Source: a virus (lineage: Duplodnaviria; Caudoviricetes). Taken from it: a DNA stretch of 64,000 nt. The stretch is from the IMG/VR virus record IMGVR_UViG_3300021979_000003, positions 32,001 through 96,000 of that record; one strand, 5' to 3'. The notes under the pieces are model-generated. The model saw only the letters and a program-made list of their open reading frames with translations. It was not told the DNA's origin and ran no database searches. A program made the translations under genes and the position numbers. Below are positions 1-8,269 of this stretch, piece after piece; within the stretch, counting starts at the first letter, position 1; every line of letters begins with the position of its first letter.

Positions 1-235
1 CAAATAAACCGACTAAGCTTTTGCGAACGCATTTTTCAACAACACTTTCCATAAAGTTACAAAGATGAAACACATCTTCATTGTTTTTAATGAGGTGAGT
101 AACATTATCTGTTGTTGCAATAGAACCAATACGATCAGCCATAACATCACTTATGTTATATTCTGATGACAGGAACGTCATATAATCGTAGTAGTTCATA
201 CCAACAAGTGTACAGTATGACAATTTTACACTCAT
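1..235 (-). CDS. hypothetical protein, runs off window start
   Basis: Read manually: ATG at 235 after GAGG RBS, open frame MSVKLSYCTLVGMNYY... to position 1. Confidence 0.7.
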   Translation of the reverse strand, partial: MSVKLSYCTLVGMNYYDYMTFLSSEYNISDVMADRIGSIATTDNVTHLIKNNEDVFHLCNFMESVVEKCVRKSLVGLF

Positions 236-260
236 TATTTTTCCTCTACAAAGAGTTAGT

Positions 261-815
261 TTATTCTACATCCGCGTCTCGGTACTTCAACATTGCCCAT
301 CGACCACTTAGTGTAGGCGGTAGATCGACCACAGTAGCTTCTTTCATAGTAAACGGTCGGTTCTTCACCTTACTGAAGAACTCGCCTTCCTGACCCATCA
401 CAGGGCTTCCCACGGTTACTTTATCACCTTTAGGAGGGAAAGCATCTGATCGATCACTTGTACCCAAAAGATAACCTTTTTCTCCGGCAGGTTTTAGAAA
501 CACACTGTCCTGATCATACAGTTTACCATATTGTGGAAGTTTTTCAAAGATACTAGGACTCTTTTCAGTTTCCACAACAAAGAAACTTTCTTCAGAAACT
601 TCTTGTTCATTTTCGGAGCCGTAGTTTTCGATATAACTTCCATAAATTTTAGTCACATCGAATCCATCACTAAGAAGCTTGGCTTTTAGTGAAAGGTTGT
701 TCAGCTTATTCTGTGACTTAGATTTGTCACCACGAAATGCACTGATCATCCCTACATTATAGGATTCCATTTTCTTGTATAAGCGGTTAAGACCACTTTC
801 ATTTAGTTCTGCCAT
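261..815 (-). CDS. putative SAM lyase (T3 gp0.3 SAMase-like)
   Basis: Motifs ISAFRG...N, G-S-Y-I-E, SEESFFV and DQDSV follow the order I recall for T3 SAMase (SAFR, GCYRE, EEK, EQDCV). Confidence 0.6.
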   Translation of the reverse strand: MAELNESGLNRLYKKMESYNVGMISAFRGDKSKSQNKLNNLSLKAKLLSDGFDVTKIYGSYIENYGSENEQEVSEESFFVVETEKSPSIFEKLPQYGKLYDQDSVFLKPAGEKGYLLGTSDRSDAFPPKGDKVTVGSPVMGQEGEFFSKVKNRPFTMKEATVVDLPPTLSGRWAMLKYRDADVE

Positions 816-838
816 TTAACATATCCTTTTAGATATAT

Positions 839-1063
839 TTATGAAGTTAGTGTGTTGCCACCAGTTCTAACAGGAAACTCACGCTTGTCCAATTCTTCAA
901 GACGCTGGACATTAGACAGTGGAAACCACTGACTCTTTCCGTCGATTATGAGTCTTAGTAAGCCCCCTTCGGTTTGAATATGCCATACATTATCAACATA
1001 CCATGGTGAAGGCGAATCCTGAAAATACACTTTTAGCTTATATACACGTTTTATTTGTTCCAT
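839..1063 (-). CDS. hypothetical protein
   Basis: ORF with AGGAG RBS and upstream promoter. Confidence 0.75.
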   Translation of the reverse strand: MEQIKRVYKLKVYFQDSPSPWYVDNVWHIQTEGGLLRLIIDGKSQWFPLSNVQRLEELDKREFPVRTGGNTLTS

Positions 1064-1084
1064 AATATTCTCCTAGTTTCTTAG

Positions 1085-1112
1085 AGAATACCATGTGTAT
1101 ATTTTATGTCAA
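1085..1112 (-). promoter_or_regulatory. sigma70-like promoter, 16-nt spacer class
   Basis: TTGACA-N13-TGG-TATTCT. Confidence 0.65.
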
Positions 1113-1420
1113 GATTCCAAAAGCTTTTCGATGGCCTCTGGTTTCTCTGCCCTGAAACGACTGTAGAACTTTTTCATAGCACGTTTACCAACACGTGGAA
1201 AGCTCCAACCGTTACGTGGCGATTCATTCATACCAATAACACTACCATCTTCCAACAGTGCCCAAACGTGTACGTTACGAAAGTTGTTACTTGGGAAACA
1301 GTAATCATAGCCGTAGAACGTTTCGACAACTTTCTTATCGCCGTGCTTGTCCAACAGATCACTCCACTCAATGTGAGCGTCAGATGGTACAAACTCGTTC
1401 ACTGTTTTTGCGTTATACAT
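1109..1420 (-). CDS. hypothetical protein
   Basis: ORF track 1109..1438; likely start MYNAK at 1420. Confidence 0.7.
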   Translation of the reverse strand: MYNAKTVNEFVPSDAHIEWSDLLDKHGDKKVVETFYGYDYCFPSNNFRNVHVWALLEDGSVIGMNESPRNGWSFPRVGKRAMKKFYSRFRAEKPEAIEKLLES

Positions 1421-1447
1421 AAAAAATCCCCATATCAACTTAGTTAT

Positions 1448-1477
1448 ATTATAAGTTAATTATGAGGGTAATGTAAA
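1448..1477 (-). promoter_or_regulatory. sigma70-like promoter
   Basis: TTTACA-18-TATAAT in AT-rich intergenic region. Confidence 0.55.
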
Positions 1478-1492
1478 TTATTTTTTAATTAA

Positions 1493-1936
1493 TTATAGAC
1501 GTTCGTCGGGCTTATGACAAAAGATACAAGAATCTGATGTTTCATTTACTTTATTTGAATAGTCGTAGTTTTCAAGCTCGTACTTTTCACCGTTTATAAG
1601 TTTTACATAGAAAGGACCATGAAGGTCATCATCTGAATTAGTGTGATAATGACAAGCACCATCTGGACTGTTTGTACAACGCCATCCAAAGTATTGATCA
1701 CATATCATACATCGCGAATCACTATAATCCCATGAATCGATATCATCTTCCTCTAACAATTTTATCTGGTTAGGAGTAAGTGGTATAAGCTTATGATTAC
1801 AACTTTGTATTAGCTTATCCAGTTTACTATTAGCTTCCATTATTTCCTTTCGAGCATTAATAATGTCCTGATGATGTTTATAATCCTTTTCTGAAAGAAT
1901 TTTATCAATATTAGGTGTACCAATATTTCCAGTCAT
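1493..1936 (-). CDS. hypothetical Cys/His-rich protein
   Basis: Start re-called at MTGNIG (GAGG RBS) so that it does not overlap the upstream gene; CxxC-type motifs. Confidence 0.7.
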   Translation of the reverse strand: MTGNIGTPNIDKILSEKDYKHHQDIINARKEIMEANSKLDKLIQSCNHKLIPLTPNQIKLLEEDDIDSWDYSDSRCMICDQYFGWRCTNSPDGACHYHTNSDDDLHGPFYVKLINGEKYELENYDYSNKVNETSDSCIFCHKPDERL

Positions 1937-1943
1937 AAAATCC

Positions 1944-2324
1944 TCAAAGCTTATAAACACCGTAATCCGATTTGTTATCGAACGCATTGTCTGGAATTTT
2001 CCAGTCACGCTTTTTCTTAGGATTGTTGTCATCCAGTGCCATGTTTTCAAGCTGCTTCATGCTCACCTGACTGTCAGTATCTTCGTTAAATTCTTTGTCG
2101 AATTTCTTCAAAGCTTTCATGACAAATCCCATTTTACTTTTCTCACAGTTGATAGCCACTGTCACATGATAAGAATTATCATTAATTCTTAAGACTTTAA
2201 TTTCAGTCTCTGGGCGACTTACTGATTCAAAGATGGTCTTAACTTCTTCAGAAGTAATTTCCTCTTTAGGAGAGACTAAGTATTCAACATCTTTACTTAC
2301 TAATTCTTCGCTCATGTTTTTCAC
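1944..2324 (-). CDS. hypothetical protein
   Basis: ORF in tightly packed operon. Confidence 0.7.
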   Translation of the reverse strand: MKNMSEELVSKDVEYLVSPKEEITSEEVKTIFESVSRPETEIKVLRINDNSYHVTVAINCEKSKMGFVMKALKKFDKEFNEDTDSQVSMKQLENMALDDNNPKKKRDWKIPDNAFDNKSDYGVYKL

Positions 2325-2701
2325 TCTCTTATTAGTATATCATCAAGGTGTGCAATATCTTGATCTGCAACAAATTGACCTTGTAAATCAGGAAGGTTCA
2401 TTACACCTTCGGTATAGTTTTCATTCTTTATTCTTTTGCGAGGAACTTTAAATCCTAGATTACGAAAGAAATTTCTAATCTTGGTATCTTTATAGAAATA
2501 CTTTGGGTTATACTCTGACTTTAATAATTCATAAAGATCAGGGTAATCCTTTTCATGTATAGGAGAGCCATCACACAAAAGGTACTCTCCGCTTTTAAGA
2601 ATATCATTATTCATAGATAGGTTATAACAAATAATTGTCCCTGCTGGAAGCCCATTACTTGAATGAGCTTTGACAACATACGCCATACTGTATGTGTTCA
2701 T
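2321..2701 (-). CDS. stand-alone phage tail-collar domain protein
   Basis: LPAGTII...YLLCDGS...YPDLY...NLPDLQGQF tail-collar signature. Confidence 0.75.
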   Translation of the reverse strand: MNTYSMAYVVKAHSSNGLPAGTIICYNLSMNNDILKSGEYLLCDGSPIHEKDYPDLYELLKSEYNPKYFYKDTKIRNFFRNLGFKVPRKRIKNENYTEGVMNLPDLQGQFVADQDIAHLDDILIRE

Positions 2702-2703
2702 AA

Positions 2704-2913
2704 TTACTTTTCTTCAAGGTCTGGAATAGTTTCAGTAAGTACAGTAGGTACAACTTTCCAAACCTCTTCTTTCTCATCGTAATATTCAAGGTCTTGGGTT
2801 TGCTTCATGAGATTGTGTTTTGCTTGATTAATACCACAACCATAAATTTCTTGATAATCTTTAATGGTTTGTACGGTGACCTTATTACGTTTCACATGCC
2901 ATCGCAATTGCAT
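2704..2913 (-). CDS. hypothetical protein
   Basis: ORF in operon. Confidence 0.65.
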   Translation of the reverse strand: MQLRWHVKRNKVTVQTIKDYQEIYGCGINQAKHNLMKQTQDLEYYDEKEEVWKVVPTVLTETIPDLEEK

Positions 2914-2915
2914 AT

Positions 2916-3173
2916 TTACTTATCCTTGGTGTCGATTCTCTTAATACTATCATAACGATCTTCTTTAAATACTGCACCATCGTTACATTTAACACCAACA
3001 AGCAAGTCTTCGATGTGGCTATTCTTGCTCATTTCTTTATAGTAAAAAAGCTTAATGCCATCATTTTTACTACAGGTGTCTTTGAAATGTTCATATTCTG
3101 AGTATTCAATCTCACCACTCTTAGAACATCCTACCATAGCTAGTGCCAAACACAATACAATAATTTTTTTCAT
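2916..3173 (-). CDS. putative lipoprotein
   Basis: MKKIIVLCLALAMVG-C signal peptide with lipobox; start re-called at 3173. Confidence 0.7.
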   Translation of the reverse strand: MKKIIVLCLALAMVGCSKSGEIEYSEYEHFKDTCSKNDGIKLFYYKEMSKNSHIEDLLVGVKCNDGAVFKEDRYDSIKRIDTKDK

Positions 3174-3183
3174 ACAATCACCT

Positions 3184-3633
3184 TTAGTTTCCAACTCTTA
3201 ACATTTTATTATTAAGATTCACAATTTCCTGATACATTTCAGAATTAGTCAGTTTAAAATGGTTATGAGCCTTTTGCGTCTCAAACACAATATCAATAAG
3301 CATGTATCGGTGTCCAGAAGTACCGACAAAAAAAGAACTATATTGCTTTATGTCGTACACCAGTCTAACGTCTTGACCTTTAACAAAAAAGAAGTTTTCA
3401 ATGAGAAAGTCATACACACCATTGGTGACAATATCAAGATGAAACCTCGTGTATTCTTTGTCTCCACTATCAAATTCACTCATATTAAAATCAATATGTT
3501 TGTCATGAAGAACATGGCTTATTGGAATCATATCATCTGTATCTAGATCATAATGAGTGACAATGTACTTGTAAATCTCAGAAATACTAAATGCGACATT
3601 TACTGAATATCTTTTATAGTCTTTTTTTTCCAT
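3184..3633 (-). CDS. hypothetical protein, paralog of 3614..4126
   Basis: Start re-called at MEKKDY (AAGGA RBS); C-terminal F-x-T...N-x-FK-x-TN-xx-MY shared with neighbour. Confidence 0.7.
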   Translation of the reverse strand: MEKKDYKRYSVNVAFSISEIYKYIVTHYDLDTDDMIPISHVLHDKHIDFNMSEFDSGDKEYTRFHLDIVTNGVYDFLIENFFFVKGQDVRLVYDIKQYSSFFVGTSGHRYMLIDIVFETQKAHNHFKLTNSEMYQEIVNLNNKMLRVGN

Positions 3634-4126
3634 AATATTCCTTGTCTTTTCCCTCACACATCTTACGGTATGCTTCCATGTCTTTTTCAAAATCTATAAG
3701 ATGATGATACATTTTTTGATTAGTGATTTTGAACTTATTGAAAGACTCTTTGGTTAAAAACGATAATGCACATACACAATATAAATGAGTGAGTCGTAAA
3801 AATTCACGATCCGCACTACAATAAAATTCCAATACTATATCATTTGAGGTATCAGGATCATATTCTATTTCTAAAGAATCGTAGACAATCTTTCTAAATA
3901 CATTTCTTGCTATATTAATGATTTCTGGGTCATAATTCTCAGTTACGTATTTACTATTTCGATCACCAGAACTCAAAACAACATCGTGTGTATTAGTATC
4001 TTCAAAGACATTATAGATTCTTTCAAAGTCTCTGTATGAATAACTATAATTATCAATAATGAATTGAAAAACAGTCTGTAATGATATACTAAGTCTGGGA
4101 TGAAATACTCTGTGTGCTTCTACCAT
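3614..4126 (-). CDS. hypothetical protein, paralog of 3184..3633
   Basis: ORF; shared N- and C-terminal motifs with neighbour. Confidence 0.75.
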   Translation of the reverse strand: MVEAHRVFHPRLSISLQTVFQFIIDNYSYSYRDFERIYNVFEDTNTHDVVLSSGDRNSKYVTENYDPEIINIARNVFRKIVYDSLEIEYDPDTSNDIVLEFYCSADREFLRLTHLYCVCALSFLTKESFNKFKITNQKMYHHLIDFEKDMEAYRKMCEGKDKEYYGKKRL

Positions 4127-4142
4127 ATTTGTATCTCAAAAT

Positions 4143-4228
4143 TGGCACCCCCTGATGGAGTCGAACCATCCACTTTCCGCCCAACGTTATAGTAGGAGTT
4201 TAGAAGACTCCTGTCGGGAACAGGGGGC
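4143..4228 (-). tRNA. non-canonical tRNA-like RNA, anticodon-like loop CU-UCU-AA (Arg AGA), no D-arm, encoded CCA
   Basis: Acceptor GCCCCCT/AGGGGGT-G-CCA; T-arm GATGG-TTCGACT-CCATC; AGGAGT/ACTCCT stem around CTTCTAA. Confidence 0.7.
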
Positions 4229-4240
4229 ATTAAACTATTT

Positions 4241-4447
4241 TCATGTTTCAAAGAAGTAAATACACAAATTTTTGAACTGTGTTTTATTTATCTCTTTGTT
4301 CTTAATCTTGTCGTAGATTTTACCGTAAGTGTGTTCGCTTCGAATATACATTAGGTCATCAATATGGTCTTCAATTTTAACCATATCTTCATCTTTAATC
4401 CACCCATGAGTATATCGACTTTTACGTGCATTCATTATACTACTCAT
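4241..4447 (-). CDS. hypothetical protein
   Basis: ORF in operon. Confidence 0.65.
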   Translation of the reverse strand: MSSIMNARKSRYTHGWIKDEDMVKIEDHIDDLMYIRSEHTYGKIYDKIKNKEINKTQFKNLCIYFFET

Positions 4448-4456
4448 TATACGCCC

Positions 4457-4867
4457 TTACTGATAAATTTCAAACGTTTTCTGATTACCGTTTGCAAAAT
4501 GAATAATTGATTTAACATTATCTGCTAATGCATGATCAGGTGCCATTACAATTTCTTCTTTAGAATAAACAGTAATCTTTTCATCTTCCATTGTAACGGC
4601 TTCATAGATATTGTCAACTACTGTTTTAAATACAAATACAGTGTAGTCTTCACCAAAAATATAACCAAATAACGTTGGCTCGATATCAAGATTGCATTCT
4701 TCTTTAGCTTCGCGGATCATTGCGGCGACAATGGTTTCATCTTGCTCAACTTTTCCACCCACGAAGGTAGTTTTACCTTTTAAAAACTCAGGGCGATTTT
4801 TACTAATCATCACGTATTCTTCATGTGTGGGATCAGTAATAACACTCATTACATAGCTTATAGACAT
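4457..4867 (-). CDS. Nudix hydrolase
   Basis: Intact Nudix box GGKVEQDETIVAAMIREAKEECNL. Confidence 0.9.
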   Translation of the reverse strand: MSISYVMSVITDPTHEEYVMISKNRPEFLKGKTTFVGGKVEQDETIVAAMIREAKEECNLDIEPTLFGYIFGEDYTVFVFKTVVDNIYEAVTMEDEKITVYSKEEIVMAPDHALADNVKSIIHFANGNQKTFEIYQ

Positions 4868-4877
4868 TTTATATTCC

Positions 4878-5243
4878 TTATGTTAGAAGCTTCAAGTTTT
4901 TCAAATCATCACCAATGTCATCTTCATGAATTGGACCAATACCCAAACAAGTAACAGTAGGCTCTTTAAAAACAGTAAATCCCGCATCTTTGATGAAAGC
5001 CACGCCACATACATGATAATACGATTTCAGAAGTTCCTCAAGCTCTTCTTCAGTATCTACGACTAAGGTTATCTTTTTAGCGTGTTTGCTATCTATATAG
5101 GCTTGTGCAGCTTCTGGGAAGCGGCGTTGTGCGTCCCACCATGCATGTAGATATGCGTGACCTGCTTGAGAACAAAGTTTACCACGGTTGCCGTTCATTT
5201 TTTTCAATGCTTCTTTACACACTATATCATAAATTTTATACAT
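4878..5243 (-). CDS. pth2: peptidyl-tRNA hydrolase type 2
   Basis: GKLCSQAGHA, KKITL, DAGFT...TVTCLGIGP motifs of the PTH2 family. Confidence 0.9.
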   Translation of the reverse strand: MYKIYDIVCKEALKKMNGNRGKLCSQAGHAYLHAWWDAQRRFPEAAQAYIDSKHAKKITLVVDTEEELEELLKSYYHVCGVAFIKDAGFTVFKEPTVTCLGIGPIHEDDIGDDLKNLKLLT

Positions 5244-5255
5244 AATAGTTCCTAA

Positions 5256-5495
5256 TTAAAATGGTACAGGTATTACACCTGTAAATGCTAGTATCATACG
5301 AATAACGAGGGTAATTAAACCAATCATGAACATAAAGGCGAACCCAACCACTGCGTTACGTTTATAACCTTTATCATTGCCGTTATATGAGTCAATGATG
5401 CCGCACATAACCCATCCAATGGCAGGTGCGATAATAAAAATCAAGACTACCACAAAAATGATAAACATCAAGAACACATTTTCAAGAATAAACAT
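5256..5495 (-). CDS. small two-TM membrane protein
   Basis: Two hydrophobic segments; paralogous to 5503..5739. Confidence 0.7.
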   Translation of the reverse strand: MFILENVFLMFIIFVVVLIFIIAPAIGWVMCGIIDSYNGNDKGYKRNAVVGFAFMFMIGLITLVIRMILAFTGVIPVPF

Positions 5496-5502
5496 AATTA
5501 CC

Positions 5503-5739
5503 TCAAACTGAAGCTATGGCTAAGCTAAGAACAATCCCGATACAATAAAACAAGAATATAAGACCCAATAGGAAAATGGTCATAGCAAAACCATTGAAAA
5601 GGTTTGCTCGATATTCATTTGTTTCAGTATTCGTGTTCACTAAAAATCTCATTGCTTTACCGATAATGGGAAAGACCCAAAAGATAGTAAACAGACCTAC
5701 AATAAGGAATGCTAGTACAGTTATGAATGAAAACTCCAT
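5503..5739 (-). CDS. small two-TM membrane protein
   Basis: Two hydrophobic segments; P-x-IG-xx-M...Y-xx-N-xxx-GFA shared with neighbour. Confidence 0.7.
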   Translation of the reverse strand: MEFSFITVLAFLIVGLFTIFWVFPIIGKAMRFLVNTNTETNEYRANLFNGFAMTIFLLGLIFLFYCIGIVLSLAIASV

Positions 5740-6329
5740 TAGTCTTTCCCTCCAAAGAATCTTCTAACGGCCCTTGACATGATACCAATCGTAGTATCAC
5801 CTTTCTTACTACCAACATATTCAGTAGTAGGCGGTGGGGTTCGCTTTCCAGTATTCTCGTTAACGAAATCCAATGGTGGAGCTTCAACTGTCTTATCAGG
5901 CTCTTCATCTTTTCTCACAACATTGGGATCACAGATAAGTGGTGCTTTTTCCAGTACACGCCATCCAGCACCCCATTTTGCATCACAGTCCAGACAATGA
6001 TAAAGACCATCATATTCAAACACTCTCTTATGAGTGCCTACTGTTAGCTTACCATCAACAATTTTTTCTTCAGACTCTTTCACCGTTTCTTTCTTAGGTT
6101 CAGAAACTTGCGGTACAAACGATGGAGTCTGTGTATCTACACCATAAATCCATCCACCCTCAACGCGCATGACAGTGATGAATTTTTTAACCTCATCACA
6201 ACCAGTTTCGTGATGAATGAACTTATGGCCTACGTGGATACTCATAGTCTCATGTAGCTTCAGATCATAAATGGTTCTCTGTCGTTTTTGATTATAATCG
6301 GACGGTCCAAGACCGGGATTCTTACACAT
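5739..6329 (-). CDS. hypothetical protein
   Basis: ORF; HCLDC possible metal site. Confidence 0.7.
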   Translation of the reverse strand: MCKNPGLGPSDYNQKRQRTIYDLKLHETMSIHVGHKFIHHETGCDEVKKFITVMRVEGGWIYGVDTQTPSFVPQVSEPKKETVKESEEKIVDGKLTVGTHKRVFEYDGLYHCLDCDAKWGAGWRVLEKAPLICDPNVVRKDEEPDKTVEAPPLDFVNENTGKRTPPPTTEYVGSKKGDTTIGIMSRAVRRFFGGKD

Positions 6330-6330
6330 A

Positions 6331-6939
6331 TTACGCCACCTTCTTTTGTTTCTTAAGGTCTTCCTTAAGCTTCTTCAAAGTATTCTTGTATTCGGCTTTC
6401 ACCTCATCAAAATCAAGGTTGCTGTCTTTAACAACATCCAGATCAATGTAAATTTCTGGCTCATGGTTCATGCGGTGGATCACAAGGTGTTGCATCATAG
6501 CCAAGGTTGCTGACATCGCTTCGAACCAGTTAGTATCCAATACAGTAGAACGCTTCAGGAAGTCTTGAAGTACTGTATTGTTTTTAGCTTTGTTTGCTTC
6601 TTTCTTGATTTGCTGACACAGAAAATCATACTCAGCAAAGTAACGTGCAGCGGCAAGGTATGACTTATTGTAGCAGGCATTCTCAAGTACAAACCCAAGA
6701 TTGATTTCAATTTGGGTCATACGAACTTGCATAGGATAGATTTCTTGACACACAGGAGTAACATCATCTACATTCCGCTTGTGTTGTTTCACAAGCTTCG
6801 CTCGAAGCTTGTGATCAGGCTCTTCGAGAGTTTTATCAAACTCATTGTCCATACGTGACAAAAGATTCTCACTAAGTTGCTCTTTGATAGTGTCCATCAG
6901 ATTTAGAGCGACAGAATAGTTTTTGATATCGTGTGTCAT
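6331..6939 (-). CDS. hypothetical helical protein
   Basis: ORF with GAGG RBS and upstream promoter. Confidence 0.75.
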   Translation of the reverse strand: MTHDIKNYSVALNLMDTIKEQLSENLLSRMDNEFDKTLEEPDHKLRAKLVKQHKRNVDDVTPVCQEIYPMQVRMTQIEINLGFVLENACYNKSYLAAARYFAEYDFLCQQIKKEANKAKNNTVLQDFLKRSTVLDTNWFEAMSATLAMMQHLVIHRMNHEPEIYIDLDVVKDSNLDFDEVKAEYKNTLKKLKEDLKKQKKVA

Positions 6940-6970
6940 TTCAATTCCTCAATAGTTATATGTTAAGTTA

Positions 6971-6999
6971 ATTATACACATCATGTAATTAAAAGTCGA
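6971..6999 (-). promoter_or_regulatory. sigma70-like promoter
   Basis: TCGACT-17-TATAAT. Confidence 0.55.
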
Positions 7000-7144
7000 G
7001 GGCGGACGGAGGATTCGAACCCACTCATGCAAGATAATTATTCCATGACCGGCCTAGCCATTAGTAACACCTTACACTTATCATTGAAACATTACAATTG
7101 ACCGGTTTAATAATGTTTCTCAGACCAGCCCTAATGCATCCGCC
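7000..7144 (-). ncRNA. 145-nt tRNA-like RNA (acceptor stem, T-loop and large insert; no encoded CCA)
   Basis: GGCGGAT/GTCCGCC acceptor-like stem, GGTTCGAATCC T-arm, TCATG/CATGA variable-arm-like hairpin, GAAACATTA/TAATGTTTC and CATTAG/CTAATG helices. Confidence 0.65.
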
Positions 7145-7152
7145 ATAATTCG

Positions 7153-7620
7153 TTAGCCTTTGATGAATGCTCCCACGACAATAACAGCAATTAAGATAAC
7201 ACCAAAGGTTGTTAGGAATGAAGGCTTTTGTTTCCCTCGCTTTCCATGTTGATCTTTTTTATTAGTAAACCAGTTTCTAGGCTTAATAACAAATTCTTTT
7301 TTAGAACTAAGTTCACCTTTATCTTCGACACGAACATTCCAGTTCATGGCAATAAGGCAATCCTTTACTTCTTTGATGTATTCCGAGTTTCTTGCCACCT
7401 CATCAGTCATAGGAATACCTACCGATAGAGCGACCCATCCGTTTTTGACATAAAACTCATCAATTTTCGCATTGATTCTAGCAATCATTTTAGAGATAGC
7501 TTCTTTTCTCTTCGCTTTCTCTTTGTCTTCCACTTCAGATACAACACTATCTGCGTCAGGCAATGATACATTGTATTGATCTTGCTGGTATACTGAATTT
7601 AAAAGTTCTTCTTGGCTCAT
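7153..7620 (-). CDS. membrane-anchored hypothetical protein
   Basis: C-terminal TM helix preceded by a basic patch. Confidence 0.7.
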   Translation of the reverse strand: MSQEELLNSVYQQDQYNVSLPDADSVVSEVEDKEKAKRKEAISKMIARINAKIDEFYVKNGWVALSVGIPMTDEVARNSEYIKEVKDCLIAMNWNVRVEDKGELSSKKEFVIKPRNWFTNKKDQHGKRGKQKPSFLTTFGVILIAVIVVGAFIKG

Positions 7621-7627
7621 TATGACC

Positions 7628-8104
7628 TCACATTATAGTGGTGAAAAAACCATACCGCAGACGAAACTTCTCGCCATAAGTATTTCTCAGCTTTTTAACA
7701 ATATCTGCAAATTCTTTGTTATTCATTGCATTTTCGATATCAGTTTCATAATCGATGCTGGTAACATCGAAGTAAATTTCATCAGTATCGAAAGATTCAA
7801 AACGAACACCTTCAAGCTTACGGTTCAGTCCGAAAAACTTTTGGTTGTCTCTAGATACTTCGCCAGCCTGAAGAAGGATATGATCAGGAAGACCAGCTTC
7901 CTCTTCAATATCCCAACCTGAAATATGAGTCCAACCGTCTTCGTATTCAACTTCTTCAACAGTCTCACCACACAACGGGCAGAAAGAATATCCTTTGTTT
8001 ACACCGAACTGATGTTCATTCTTACAACGATATTCATAGGTATATTGCGGCTCTTTGTGATCAATTTCAAAGTAAAATCCGAAGTAATGTGAAGTATCAA
8101 ACAT
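7628..8104 (-). CDS. zinc-ribbon-containing hypothetical protein
   Basis: CKNEH...CPLCG. Confidence 0.7.
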   Translation of the reverse strand: MFDTSHYFGFYFEIDHKEPQYTYEYRCKNEHQFGVNKGYSFCPLCGETVEEVEYEDGWTHISGWDIEEEAGLPDHILLQAGEVSRDNQKFFGLNRKLEGVRFESFDTDEIYFDVTSIDYETDIENAMNNKEFADIVKKLRNTYGEKFRLRYGFFTTIM

Positions 8105-8110
8105 AATTTT

Positions 8111-8269
8111 TTACCTTCCTTTTTCTTGGCTAGTTAGGTGATAGCCGTTACAGTGTTTACAATAGTATAGTCGTTTTTCAATACGATGTCCACCACTTTT
8201 ATTTTTACAGGTAGCAAGTGCCAGTTGTGCACCTATTTTGTCATAACGTCTTTTCCTACAATTCATCAT
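8111..8269 (-). CDS. small zinc-finger protein (below ORF track cutoff)
   Basis: Manual translation MMNCRKRRYDKIGAQLALATCKNKSGGHRIEKRLYYCKHCNGYHLTSQEKGR; ATGA overlap with upstream stop. Confidence 0.65.
   Translation of the reverse strand: MMNCRKRRYDKIGAQLALATCKNKSGGHRIEKRLYYCKHCNGYHLTSQEKGR

Noticed and set aside
4185-4215. Reading the 86-nt RNA as an amber suppressor or Pyl tRNA (TT-CTA-AA loop)
   Set aside because: That register needs a C-C mismatch and a bulge. The 6-bp AGGAGT/ACTCCT stem gives the loop CTTCTAA (UCU). Genes here also end normally at TAG and are not fragmented, so there is no sign of stop-codon recoding
7070-7095. TTTCAAT as a Sec (UCA) anticodon loop in the 145-nt RNA
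   Set aside because: No flanking anticodon stem and no 8-bp acceptor or Sec-type D-arm
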